This document shows, piece after piece, positions 41,525 to 51,835 of a stretch of 64,000 bases of DNA; the stretch's first letter is position 1, and each line of letters opens with the position of its first letter. The stretch comes from Candidatus Eiseniibacteriota bacterium (GTDB taxonomy: Bacteria > Eisenbacteria > RBG-16-71-46 > CAVPCR01), in the NCBI GenBank assembly GCA_963823555.1, contig CAWGMA010000001.1:320001-384000 (forward strand). The letters are read 5' to 3'. The notes under the pieces are model-generated. The model had not been told where the DNA came from. It did not search any database and worked only from the letters and a program-made list of their open reading frames with translations. A program made the translations under genes and the position numbers.

Positions 41525-41582
41525 GCTATGTGCCGGGCCTCCCAGCGCCCCGGCTCCCCTCCTACCCGGAACACGGACTAGC

Positions 41583-42566
41583 ATGTCGGCTGAATCAGAC
41601 GTCGAGGGCAAACTCGAGCTGGGAGAAGTCGATCCCCTTCTCGTCTTCGGGAGCGGGGATGCTAACCTGCGGCTATTGCAGCAGTTCTTTCCGGTACGGG
41701 TCGTCCTGCGCAACGGCGCGATCACGGTCAAGGGCAAGGCCGGGGAAGTGGCCCACGCGACTCGCCTCATCGAGCGGATGCTGGCCAAGGCCCGTCGCGG
41801 GCAGGTGGTCGAGGAGGCGGATCTCCTCCTCTGGAAGGCGGGTGGTCAGGGGCCGGCTCCACGGGTGATCGCCCTCGACGCGACCACCGTGCGCGTTCGC
41901 ACCCCCGGTCAGGTGGCGTACATCGAGGCCATCAAGAACTATGACATCGTGTTCGCCATCGGTCCGGCGGGCACGGGCAAGACCTTCCTGGCAGTGGCCA
42001 TGGCCGTGCTGGCGCTGCGCGATCGCGAGGTCGAGCGCATCCTCCTCGTGCGGCCGGCGGTCGAAGCGGGGGAGAGCCTTGGGTTCCTGCCCGGTGACTA
42101 CCGGGAGAAGGTCGATCCGTACCTGCGCCCGCTCTACGATGCTCTTGGTGAGCTGATGCCACTCGAGCGCATGCGCAAGCTGATGGAACTCGGTGTGATC
42201 GAGATCGCCCCCCTGGCCTACATGCGTGGTCGGACGCTCAATCGGGCGTTCGTCATCCTGGACGAGGGGCAGAACACCACGGTCGGACAGATGAAGATGT
42301 TCCTGACCCGGCTCGGTCCCGGATCCAGGGCGGTGATCACCGGCGACATCACTCAGGTGGACCTGTCCAACCCGGAGGAGTCGGGACTCAAGCGCATCCA
42401 GCCCATTCTCGGACCGGTCGATGACGTTCAGTTCGTGTACTTCACCGAAGAGGATGTGGTCCGTCACCGTCTGGTGCGCGACATCATTCGCGCTTTTGAG
42501 CAGCATGCCGAGGCCAAGCGCGAGGAAACCATGCGGGGCACCGCCAAGGCGAGCCCCGAGGAGTAA
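41583..42566 (+). CDS. phoH: PhoH family ATPase
   Basis: GPAGTGKT, RPAVEAGE.LGFLPG, APLAYMRGRT, LDEGQN, GDITQ.DL, DVVRH. Confidence 0.95.
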   Translation: MSAESDVEGKLELGEVDPLLVFGSGDANLRLLQQFFPVRVVLRNGAITVKGKAGEVAHATRLIERMLAKARRGQVVEEADLLLWKAGGQGPAPRVIALDATTVRVRTPGQVAYIEAIKNYDIVFAIGPAGTGKTFLAVAMAVLALRDREVERILLVRPAVEAGESLGFLPGDYREKVDPYLRPLYDALGELMPLERMRKLMELGVIEIAPLAYMRGRTLNRAFVILDEGQNTTVGQMKMFLTRLGPGSRAVITGDITQVDLSNPEESGLKRIQPILGPVDDVQFVYFTEEDVVRHRLVRDIIRAFEQHAEAKREETMRGTAKASPEE

Positions 42567-42572
42567 CGAACG

Positions 42573-45059
42573 ATGCCATTGACCTGGCTGTTCAACCGCG
42601 GTGACCTGGCGCGCAAGGACAGACCGCTTCGGCGTCGGATCGTCGAAGAGCGGGAGACTCCTCGTGCGCTCGTGATCGCGGTGCGGATTGCACTATTGCT
42701 GGCCGTGCCCATCGTCGTGCATGTGCTGTTCCCGCTGGAACGGGATCAGGCGGAAGTCCAGGTCCGCCTCGGAGAAATCTCCCAGGCAGAGGTGATCGCC
42801 CCCTTCTCGTTCCCCATCCGCCGCGATCCGATTGATCTTGAGCGGGCACGCACCGAGGCCGGGCGCGCCGTGCCCCCGGTGCTCGACCTGAACACGACGC
42901 TGGCCACCGAGTCCACGCAGCGGCTCCGGCGGCTCGGACGCGAGCTCATGCGGCCGCCCTCCGAGAACCTCCCGCCCGAGGAGTTGCGCGCGGCGCTCGA
43001 ACGCGCTCTGGGGGTCGGTCTGAGCCGAAAGTCGGTCGAGTTCCTGCGCACGCCGGAGGGCCAGCAACTGATCGACCAGGCTTCGAGCTATCTCGAGCAG
43101 GCGCTCTCGATGCCGATCGTCGAGGCCGGGACCGAGGTGTTGATTGCCGGCCACGATGTCGTCAACGCGCGCCGCGGGACGACCGATTTCTATCGGCCCG
43201 CCGCTGAAGTGATGACGCTGGCGTCGGCCCGGGCCACCGCCGAGGAGGCGGCGACCGAGGTGAATCCGCCGACCGAGCTGGCGCGCGAGGCATTTCGTGA
43301 GCTCGTCGTCCCGTTCGTTGCGATCAATGCCGTTCTCAATCAGGAGGAGACAGCAAAGCGAGCCCAGGAGGCCCGTGATGATGTCCCTGAGATCGTCGGG
43401 ATGGTGCACAAGGGTGAGCGCATCATCGACTCGCACGAGCGAATCACGGCGGAGCAGGTGCTCAAGATTCAGTCCTTGGAGGCACACCGGCGCGAGCTGG
43501 CTCTCGGTGGCGGCCTCGGTGGCGGGCTGCTGGCCGGGTTGGGGCGCTTCGGGCTGATCATGCTCCTCACCGCCACCATGTTGATCTACCTGGGCTTCCA
43601 GCACCCGCGGATCAACGCGAGCCCGCGTTCGCTCGCGCTCCTGGCCACCCTGGTGTCGCTTCAGCTCTTCGCGGCCTGGCTCCTGGTCGACCACTTCGGT
43701 CAATCGGAACTCCTGGTGCCGGTCGCCATGTTGCCGTTGCTCGCCGCGGTGCTCCTCAACCGCGGGGTCGCGCTGCTGCTCGCTTTCCTCGGGCCGATCC
43801 TCCTCGTCGGACTCAAGAACTTCTCGCCGGAGTTCCTCATTGCCGGATGTGTCGCGGGGGTGGCGGTGGCGCTTGCCGCTCAGAACGTGAAGCGCCGGCA
43901 CGAGCTGTTCCAGCCCGTGCTCCTGGTGGCGCTCGCCAACCTCATCACCGTGACGTCCCTTGGGCTCGCTGCTCGCGAGCCGTTCTCCGCGGTCGCCGCC
44001 AAGATGGCCGCGGGCGTCCTGAACGCGGGGCTCACCGGAATCGTGGCCATCGTGCTCTTGCCGCTCCTGGAGAAGGTCTTCCGGATCACGACCAACTTCA
44101 CGCTGATCGAGTTGCTGGATCGCAATCACCCGCTGCTCAAGCGCATGGCGATGGAAGCGCCGGGGACCTTCCATCACTCCATGCTCGTCGCCGAGCTGGC
44201 GCGCGAGGCAGCCGAGGTCGTAGGGGGCAATCCGCTGCTCGCCCAGGTCGGTGCCTACTATCACGACATTGGCAAGATGCAGATGCCGGAGTACTTCATC
44301 GAGAATCAAACGGGAAAGAACCGGCACGACAACCTGACTCCCAACATGAGTTGTCTCATCCTCGGAGCCCATGTCCGCGACGGCATCCAGATGGCGCGAG
44401 AAGCAGGATTGCCCCATGACATCATCGATTTCATCCCCGAGCACCACGGCACGAATCTGATGTCCTTCTTCTACCACAAGGCTCAGGACCGCGATCCGCA
44501 TGTCGAATCCTCGGACTTTCGCTACCCGGGTCCGCGACCGCATCGCAAGGAGACAGCGATCCTCATGCTCGCCGATTCGGTGGAGGCGACTGCCCGATCA
44601 CTCGAGGATCCCACTCCGGGGCGCATCCGGACGGTGGTGAAGCAGATCATCGACAAGCGCGTCGAGGACGGGCAGCTCGACGGATCGAGTCTCACGCTGT
44701 CGGATCTGGCGCGCGTGCGCGACAGCTTCATCACGGTGCTGGACCGCTTCTTCCATGGCCGTATCCAGTACCCGGAGGCGGCCCTCCGGACCCGGCGCAT
44801 GGAGAGCGAGGGTGCTGTTGGCGGGCCGCAGGGTGAAATGGCGCCATGGACGAAGGAACGGCGCGGAGATGGAGGCCGCGATCTCAAGCGCGGTGGCAAG
44901 CGTGGTGTCGTCCTGCCCGATGGCGATGAGTCGGTCGCAATTCGCGAGCGAGATGAGGAGGGCGAGAATGCGAGTGCGGGTGATCAATCGTCAGCGGCGG
45001 CTCCTCATCTCGATGAGCACGCTCCGACGGATCGTCCGGCTCGTGCTGGAGGTCTCTGA
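42573..45059 (+). CDS. 7TM-HD (HDIG) membrane phosphohydrolase, PgpH-like c-di-AMP phosphodiesterase
   Basis: Extracytoplasmic domain, multiple TMs, APGTFHHS, YYHDIGK, EHHGT, FRYPGP.P, MLADSVEA; phoH-ybeY context. Confidence 0.9.
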   Translation: MPLTWLFNRGDLARKDRPLRRRIVEERETPRALVIAVRIALLLAVPIVVHVLFPLERDQAEVQVRLGEISQAEVIAPFSFPIRRDPIDLERARTEAGRAVPPVLDLNTTLATESTQRLRRLGRELMRPPSENLPPEELRAALERALGVGLSRKSVEFLRTPEGQQLIDQASSYLEQALSMPIVEAGTEVLIAGHDVVNARRGTTDFYRPAAEVMTLASARATAEEAATEVNPPTELAREAFRELVVPFVAINAVLNQEETAKRAQEARDDVPEIVGMVHKGERIIDSHERITAEQVLKIQSLEAHRRELALGGGLGGGLLAGLGRFGLIMLLTATMLIYLGFQHPRINASPRSLALLATLVSLQLFAAWLLVDHFGQSELLVPVAMLPLLAAVLLNRGVALLLAFLGPILLVGLKNFSPEFLIAGCVAGVAVALAAQNVKRRHELFQPVLLVALANLITVTSLGLAAREPFSAVAAKMAAGVLNAGLTGIVAIVLLPLLEKVFRITTNFTLIELLDRNHPLLKRMAMEAPGTFHHSMLVAELAREAAEVVGGNPLLAQVGAYYHDIGKMQMPEYFIENQTGKNRHDNLTPNMSCLILGAHVRDGIQMAREAGLPHDIIDFIPEHHGTNLMSFFYHKAQDRDPHVESSDFRYPGPRPHRKETAILMLADSVEATARSLEDPTPGRIRTVVKQIIDKRVEDGQLDGSSLTLSDLARVRDSFITVLDRFFHGRIQYPEAALRTRRMESEGAVGGPQGEMAPWTKERRGDGGRDLKRGGKRGVVLPDGDESVAIRERDEEGENASAGDQSSAAAPHLDEHAPTDRPARAGGL

Positions 45060-45516
45060 GCCCGGGCGTCGCCCGGAAACCGAGGACCGCAGCCAGCGGC
45101 CGGCCCGCGGTGCCGGCTCCGCAGCCGATCGCAGCCTGGAACCCTACGAGGAGATCGATCTCATCCTGCTCGACGATGGAGCGATGCGCGAGCTGAACCG
45201 GGCTTTCCGCGGCCTGGATCGCACGACCGATGTGCTCTCCTTCGACCTCCGTCCAGCGAGCCTTCCCGGTGAGCCCCTGACCGGCGAAGTGGCCGTGTCC
45301 ACCGATCGCGTCATGGTCCAGGCTCGTCGCTATCGCACGAGCCCCGGCCGCGAGCTCGCGCGCCTGACGGTGCACGGGCTCCTTCATCTCCAAGGCCACG
45401 ATCACCGCTATGCATCCGAGCGCCGCCGCATGCGATCGATGGAGCGCTTGATGATGGCGCGAATCGCGGCCGAGCCCGACCATCTGGTGAGCGCCGGGGC
45501 GAGCAAGTCGCGATGA
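44968..45516 (+). CDS. ybeY: rRNA maturation endoribonuclease YbeY
   Basis: LN..FRG.DRTTDVLSF, GEV, HGLLHLQGHDH; GAGGAGG RBS. Confidence 0.92.
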   Translation: MRVRVINRQRRLLISMSTLRRIVRLVLEVSEPGRRPETEDRSQRPARGAGSAADRSLEPYEEIDLILLDDGAMRELNRAFRGLDRTTDVLSFDLRPASLPGEPLTGEVAVSTDRVMVQARRYRTSPGRELARLTVHGLLHLQGHDHRYASERRRMRSMERLMMARIAAEPDHLVSAGASKSR

Positions 45517-46520
45517 GCTCGCCCGCTGGTATGGCCACGCTCTGGGTCGAGGGGGTCTTCGCGGTCGTCCTGATCCTGGTTGCGGGTCGGGCGCGGGCAT
45601 TCGCGGCGCGCGACGAGGCGCGCCGGATGCCGGGAGGGACCGCCGGGAGTGCACCCCCCTCCTCCAGGGCCCATGTGATCGCCGCCGATCTCATCTGGTT
45701 TGGACTCCTCGCGCCGGCCTTGCTCCTGATCACCCACCTCGGGCGGGAGTGGCTCCCGGTCCTGGGTAGCGTTGCGGGACTCGTGGCGGCGGTCGCTGCC
45801 GGCCTCGTGGTGGCCACGGCCCTGCCTTTCCGGATCGGCACCGATCTGACCGGCCCCCCGGCCTCGGGGCCGGGGCCCTGGCTTGCGCGCCTGGCCTATC
45901 CCTTGCGCCCGATCGTCGCCCATCTCGTCCGCCGCCGGGCGGAGCTACCCGAGGCCGAACCGGCGCGCGACGAGGAGAAGCTCTTCGGGCGGCTCCTGGA
46001 TGCGACGGCCGAACCGGGAGCGGCTGACGGGGCCGAGGCGATGCTCGAGGCCGCGCTCGTCAGGCGGTTCCTCGGTCGCGTGCTCCACCTGCGCGAGACA
46101 CCGGTGGCCCGCATCATGCGACCACGAGAGGCCATTGTCTGGATCGGACAGCGCGAGGAAGCTCGCGTTGCCGCTGAACTCATGTCCGGTTCGGGACACA
46201 GTCGGATTCCGGTCTGCGGTCGGGATCTCGACGATGTCGTCGGCATCCTTCATCTCAAGGATGTCTTTCTCGCCCTGGTCGGTGCCCCGGCCCAAGTGAC
46301 CACGGGTAGCATCGCGCGCCAGCCCTCGCTCATCACGGCGGACATGCCGCTCGCGAGCGTGCTCGCCACATGGCGGCACGCCAGCGGCACCATGTCCCTG
46401 GTGCGCGACGAAGCGGGTCAGGTCATCGGACTCGCCACCCTGGCCGATGTGATCGACTGGATCCTGGCGGCGCCGCCATCCGCGGACGGCGAAGCGGTGG
46501 GCTCGAGGTTGCTGCCATGA
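45513..46520 (+). CDS. Membrane CBS-domain protein (hemolysin/CorC-like, degenerate)
   Basis: N-terminal TMs, IMRPRE.I, SGHSRIPV, DDVVGILHLKD. Confidence 0.8.
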   Translation: MSSPAGMATLWVEGVFAVVLILVAGRARAFAARDEARRMPGGTAGSAPPSSRAHVIAADLIWFGLLAPALLLITHLGREWLPVLGSVAGLVAAVAAGLVVATALPFRIGTDLTGPPASGPGPWLARLAYPLRPIVAHLVRRRAELPEAEPARDEEKLFGRLLDATAEPGAADGAEAMLEAALVRRFLGRVLHLRETPVARIMRPREAIVWIGQREEARVAAELMSGSGHSRIPVCGRDLDDVVGILHLKDVFLALVGAPAQVTTGSIARQPSLITADMPLASVLATWRHASGTMSLVRDEAGQVIGLATLADVIDWILAAPPSADGEAVGSRLLP

Positions 46521-47824
46521 TGAGCAACGGCTGGTCCCTTCCTCTTGCCCTCGGTCTGGCCGCCCTCCTGCTGGCGTTTCTCTTCCGCCTCCTGTCGACG
46601 GCGATCCGCGGTCTCGATCCCGAGAACTTCGCCTGGGTGCTCTCCGAAGAGGATACGGCGAGCCATGAAGCGGAGGATGTCGAGCGGGACGAGGCGCCCA
46701 TCGTCGAGGTGCTGGCCCGTTTCGTGCGGGCCGCTCGCGACCTCGACAACGGTGCGGTCCTTGCCCTCACCCTCGCTGCTCTCGCCGCCTCGCCGCTCGT
46801 GAGCTGGTCGGTGAGCGGTCTGATCACGCTCGTGGCCGCGGCGGGAGTGGCGGCCTTGCTTGGCGTCTTCCTGCCGGAGCAGCTCTCGGCTGGACGGGAG
46901 GCGGCGCTCCTGGGTCGCGCTGCGCCGGTCGTGCTGGCGCTCGCTTCCGCGCTCCATCCGCTGTCGCGCGCGGCGGATCTGGCCGCGCTGCCCCTGGCCG
47001 CCTTCATGGGTCGTCCGCCCCGGCCCGCCGCAGCCGAAGCCCCGTCTCCGGTACCACCGCCGTCAAGCCCGCCGGCCCCTCCCACGGAGGAGTCGCCGCA
47101 GGGGCCGCAAGCCAGCGGGCTACGTGAGGTGCTTGGCTTCATCGAGGACACCGTCGATGAAGTGATGACCCCTCGGGCCGAGGTCGTGGCGATCGAAAGC
47201 GGGTCCTCGGTTTCCGATCTGGCGCGTGTCGTTCGGACGACGCGACGGGGAACCTACCCGATCTACCGCAATTCGCTCGACGAGGTGGTGGGCACTGTGG
47301 CCCTCGCCGATCTGCTCGGCGCTACGCCCGAGGACAAGGTGGATGGGTTCGCGCGCGAGGCCAGGATCGTGCCTGAGTCGAAGCGGGTCGCGGAGCTGGT
47401 GGAGGAGATGCGCGAGGTGGGGACGGCACTCGTGCTCGTCGTCGATGAGTTCGGAGCGCTGTCGGGGCTGGCGAATCTTCACGATCTGATCGGCGTCCTC
47501 GTCGGCGAGGTGGTGGCGGACGAGGAACAGACCGGGTTCGAGAGTCGCCGCCTCGACGGGGACACCTGGGTCCTGAATCCGCTCCTGCGCATCGAGCGCG
47601 TGAGCGAGATCACCGGATTCATGCTACCTGAGGGCGAGTACCAGACTCTGGCCGGCTTCATCCTGTGGCAGCTCGGGCGCATTCCCCTGGCGGGCGAGCG
47701 GCTGCGCATCGAGGGTGGAGAGATCGAGATCCTCGCCGCCGATGAGCGCCGGATCCTCACCGTGCGCCTCAAGCGAACGCCGCCCGAGCGTCGGAGTCGG
47801 AGGCTCATGCTCCCACGGCGTTGA
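46517..47824 (+). CDS. CNNM/CBS/CorC-HlyC transporter-associated protein
   Basis: TMs, EVMTPR, VVDEFG, EYQTLAGF..LGRIP..GE C-terminal CorC domain. Confidence 0.85.
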   Translation: MMSNGWSLPLALGLAALLLAFLFRLLSTAIRGLDPENFAWVLSEEDTASHEAEDVERDEAPIVEVLARFVRAARDLDNGAVLALTLAALAASPLVSWSVSGLITLVAAAGVAALLGVFLPEQLSAGREAALLGRAAPVVLALASALHPLSRAADLAALPLAAFMGRPPRPAAAEAPSPVPPPSSPPAPPTEESPQGPQASGLREVLGFIEDTVDEVMTPRAEVVAIESGSSVSDLARVVRTTRRGTYPIYRNSLDEVVGTVALADLLGATPEDKVDGFAREARIVPESKRVAELVEEMREVGTALVLVVDEFGALSGLANLHDLIGVLVGEVVADEEQTGFESRRLDGDTWVLNPLLRIERVSEITGFMLPEGEYQTLAGFILWQLGRIPLAGERLRIEGGEIEILAADERRILTVRLKRTPPERRSRRLMLPRR

Positions 47825-47848
47825 CCCTGAGGCGGCGCCGCGCCTAGG

Positions 47849-48619
47849 ATGACCCCAATGGGCATCGAGAAGACCGCGGCTCTAGTCATGCGCTCCTATC
47901 CGCTGGGTGACACGAGTCGCATCGTCCACCTCCTGTCGCCGACGCGGGGACGGCTCTCGGTCGTGGCCAAGGGGGTGCGCGGTCCCAAGAGCCGGTTCGG
48001 TGCGGCACTCGAGCCCTTCACGGCGATCTCTGCGGTCATCTACTACCGTCCCGACCGCGACCTGCAGTTCTTGAGCCAGGCCGAGATCCTCGGCCGGCGC
48101 GCCGTGCTGGCCAGCTCGATCCTGCGTTTCGCCTACGCCAGTGCGGTGATCGAGCTGCTCGATCAAGCGCTCGTGGGCGAGGAACCGGCGGAGGCCCTCT
48201 ATCTCCTCATCGCATCGACTCTGGACGAGCTCGAGCAGGCGCCGGAGGAGGCTCTGCGCGGTGCGTTCATGGGGTACATCGCACGCCTGGTGGGTGTGCT
48301 GGGCTACAGCCCGGAGCTCGGGCGGTGCGTCCGTTGCGCCGGATCGGTGGGTGATGGAGCAGGGTGGCACGCCGAGCGCGGCGGCTTGATTTGCCGGCGA
48401 TGCGCCGAGCACGATGCGGCCGCAACCCCGTTCTCCCGGGAGGCGCTGGCAGTGCTGGTGTCGCTGGTCGCCGGGGCCGGGGCGCCGGTGCTTCCGCGTC
48501 CGCTGGGTGACGAGCTGGCCCGTGCCCTCGATGCTTTCCTGCGTGCCCACTTGCCGCGCTACCGCGGCTTGCGCTCGCTCAAGGTGGTCCGTGAGGTGAG
48601 CGAGGCGGGAAGCGAGTAG
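47849..48619 (+). CDS. recO: DNA repair protein RecO
   Basis: AKGVRGPKSRFGAALEPF, LGYSPEL..CVRC...GGLICRRC. Confidence 0.93.
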   Translation: MTPMGIEKTAALVMRSYPLGDTSRIVHLLSPTRGRLSVVAKGVRGPKSRFGAALEPFTAISAVIYYRPDRDLQFLSQAEILGRRAVLASSILRFAYASAVIELLDQALVGEEPAEALYLLIASTLDELEQAPEEALRGAFMGYIARLVGVLGYSPELGRCVRCAGSVGDGAGWHAERGGLICRRCAEHDAAATPFSREALAVLVSLVAGAGAPVLPRPLGDELARALDAFLRAHLPRYRGLRSLKVVREVSEAGSE

Positions 48620-48722
48620 CCCGAGCCGCCGCCGGATTCGGCATGCCGGTCCGCTCCCCCATGGTCCGGAGGGAAGAGCCGAGCGCGGCGCATGAAGCGC
48701 GGAGATGGTAGAGTCTCCCGCC

Positions 48723-49663
<941 letters not shown>

Positions 49664-49667
<4 letters not shown>

Positions 49668-51793
49668 GCCGCGACCTGCTCTACGAGATCGGCGTCGAGG
49701 AGATTCCCGCCTCCTACATCGAACCGGCGCTCGCCGCTCTTGCCGAGACCGTGGCCGCCAAGCTCACTGACGAGCGGCTCGAGTTCGCCGCCATCGAGCG
49801 CCACGCCACGCCGCGGCGCTTCGCCCTCATCGTGCGCGGGCTTGCCGAGCACCAGCCCGATCTCGAGCGGGTCGCTCTCGGCCCGGCCGTGAGCGTGGCC
49901 TTCGATCCCGCCGGCCAGCCGACCAACGCGGCGCGGGGCTTCGCCCGCGGCCAGGGGGTCGCCGTCGAAGCGCTCGAGAGGACCACGACCGACAAGGGTG
50001 AGTACGTTGCCGCCCGCGTCAAGCAGCCCGGACGGCCCGCCGGCGAGGTGGTGCCGCCCATTCTCGCCGCCGCCACGCGTGCCATGCCCTTCCCGCGCAC
50101 CATGCGCTGGACGTCGTCCGATCTCCGCTTCGCGCGTCCCATCCGCTGGCTGGTGGCTCTCTTCGGCGCCGATGTGCTCGTGATCGAGGTGGACGGAGTG
50201 CGCGCCGGGCGGGAGACGAGAGGGATCCGCTTTCACCGGAGCGGGCCCTTCGCGGTCGAGGGCGCCGACGATTATTTGCGTGTTCTCGCCGAGAATGGCG
50301 TTGTGCTCGAGGCCGCCGATAGAAGGCGGCAGATCGAGTCAGCGCTGGCGTCCGCGGCCAGCGAAGCCGGCGGTCGCCTGGTTCCCGATCCCGATCTGCT
50401 CGTGGAGGTGGCCTATCTCGTCTCCTGGCCGTCGGTCATCACGGGAAGCTTCGACGCCAAGTTCCTCGCACTCCCCCGCGATGTCGTGACGACCGCGATG
50501 CGGGCTCATCAGCGCTACTTCGCCGTCGAGGCGGCGGGCGGCAAGGGGCTCCTGAACCACTTCCTGTGCGTGGCGAACGGCCCTCTCGGCGGTGATGACG
50601 GTCTCGATCTTGCTCGCGTGCGCGGTGGCCACGAGCGCGTGCTCAGAGCGCGGCTCGAGGACGCCCGTTTCTACTGGGAGCGGGACTCGGCGCGTGGCGT
50701 CGTGGATCGCGAGAAGGAGCTCGCCGGGGTCGTGTGGCAGGAAGGGCTCGGTACCCTCGCTGACAAGACCCGCCGTCTGGAGGCGCTGGCGAGCATGATC
50801 GCGCAGGCATGGGACCCGGCACTGGTCCCGGTGGTCGAACGGGCCGCGCTCCTCTCCAAGGTGGATCAGGTCTCCGAGATGGTACGCGACGGGAAGGAGT
50901 TCACGGGGCTCCAGGGCCGGATCGGCGCCGAGTACGCCCGTGTCGCCGGCGAGCCCGCGCCGGTGTGCGCTGCGATCGCCGAGCAGTACCTCCCGCGCGG
51001 TGCCGACGATCGCCTGCCCGAAACGCTCGCCGGCGCGATCCTTGCCATCGCCGACAAGCTCGACCACGTGGTCGGAGCCTTCGTCCTGGGGAAGATCCCG
51101 AGCGGGTCGGAGGATCCGTTTGCGGTCCGGCGCGCCGCCAACGGCATTCTCCGCAATCTCGTCGAGGCCGATCGCCACGTCAGTCTCGAAGCTCTCATGG
51201 ACCGCGCGCTCGTTCTCTTCGCGCCCTTTCTCGGCGAGCGCGACCCGGCACAGATCAAGGTCGATCTCGCCGACTTCTTCGCCCAGCGGCTCGATCAGTT
51301 TCTCGCCGATCGCGGCATCCGTTACGATCTCGCCGATGCCACGGTGGCGGGTTCCCTCGACGACCCGACCGATGTGCGTCATCGCGCCGAGGCGCTTGCT
51401 GCCTACTCAACGTCGCCTGATTTCGTGCCCCTCGTCGTCGGCTACAAGCGTGTGGCGAACATTCTTCGCGGCCCAGCCGGCAGTCCAGCGCCGGCGATCC
51501 CGCCGCTCGACCCCGCGACGCTGAGCGAGCCGGCCGAACGCGGGTTGCACGAGGCGGCCGCGCGCGCCGGCGATCGGATCACTGCCCATCGCGCGGCCCG
51601 GCGCTTCGAGGAAGCCCTTGCCGATCTCCTGGCATTGCGGGCGCCGATCGATCGCTTCTTCGACGAGGTGATGGTGATGGTCGATGACCCCGCGGTGCGC
51701 GGGCGGCGGCTGGCGCTCCTGGCCGAGGTCCGGGGGCTGTTCACCGGCACCTGGGATCTCTCGCGCGTCGTCGTCGAGGGGGAGAAGAAGTAG
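49664..51793 (+). CDS. glyS: Glycine--tRNA ligase beta subunit
   Basis: [55 protein letters not shown]. Confidence 0.97.
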
Positions 51794-51835
51794 CCTGCGT
51801 TGGCCCCGGGCTCGAGTCGACTCGACTGTTCGCGG

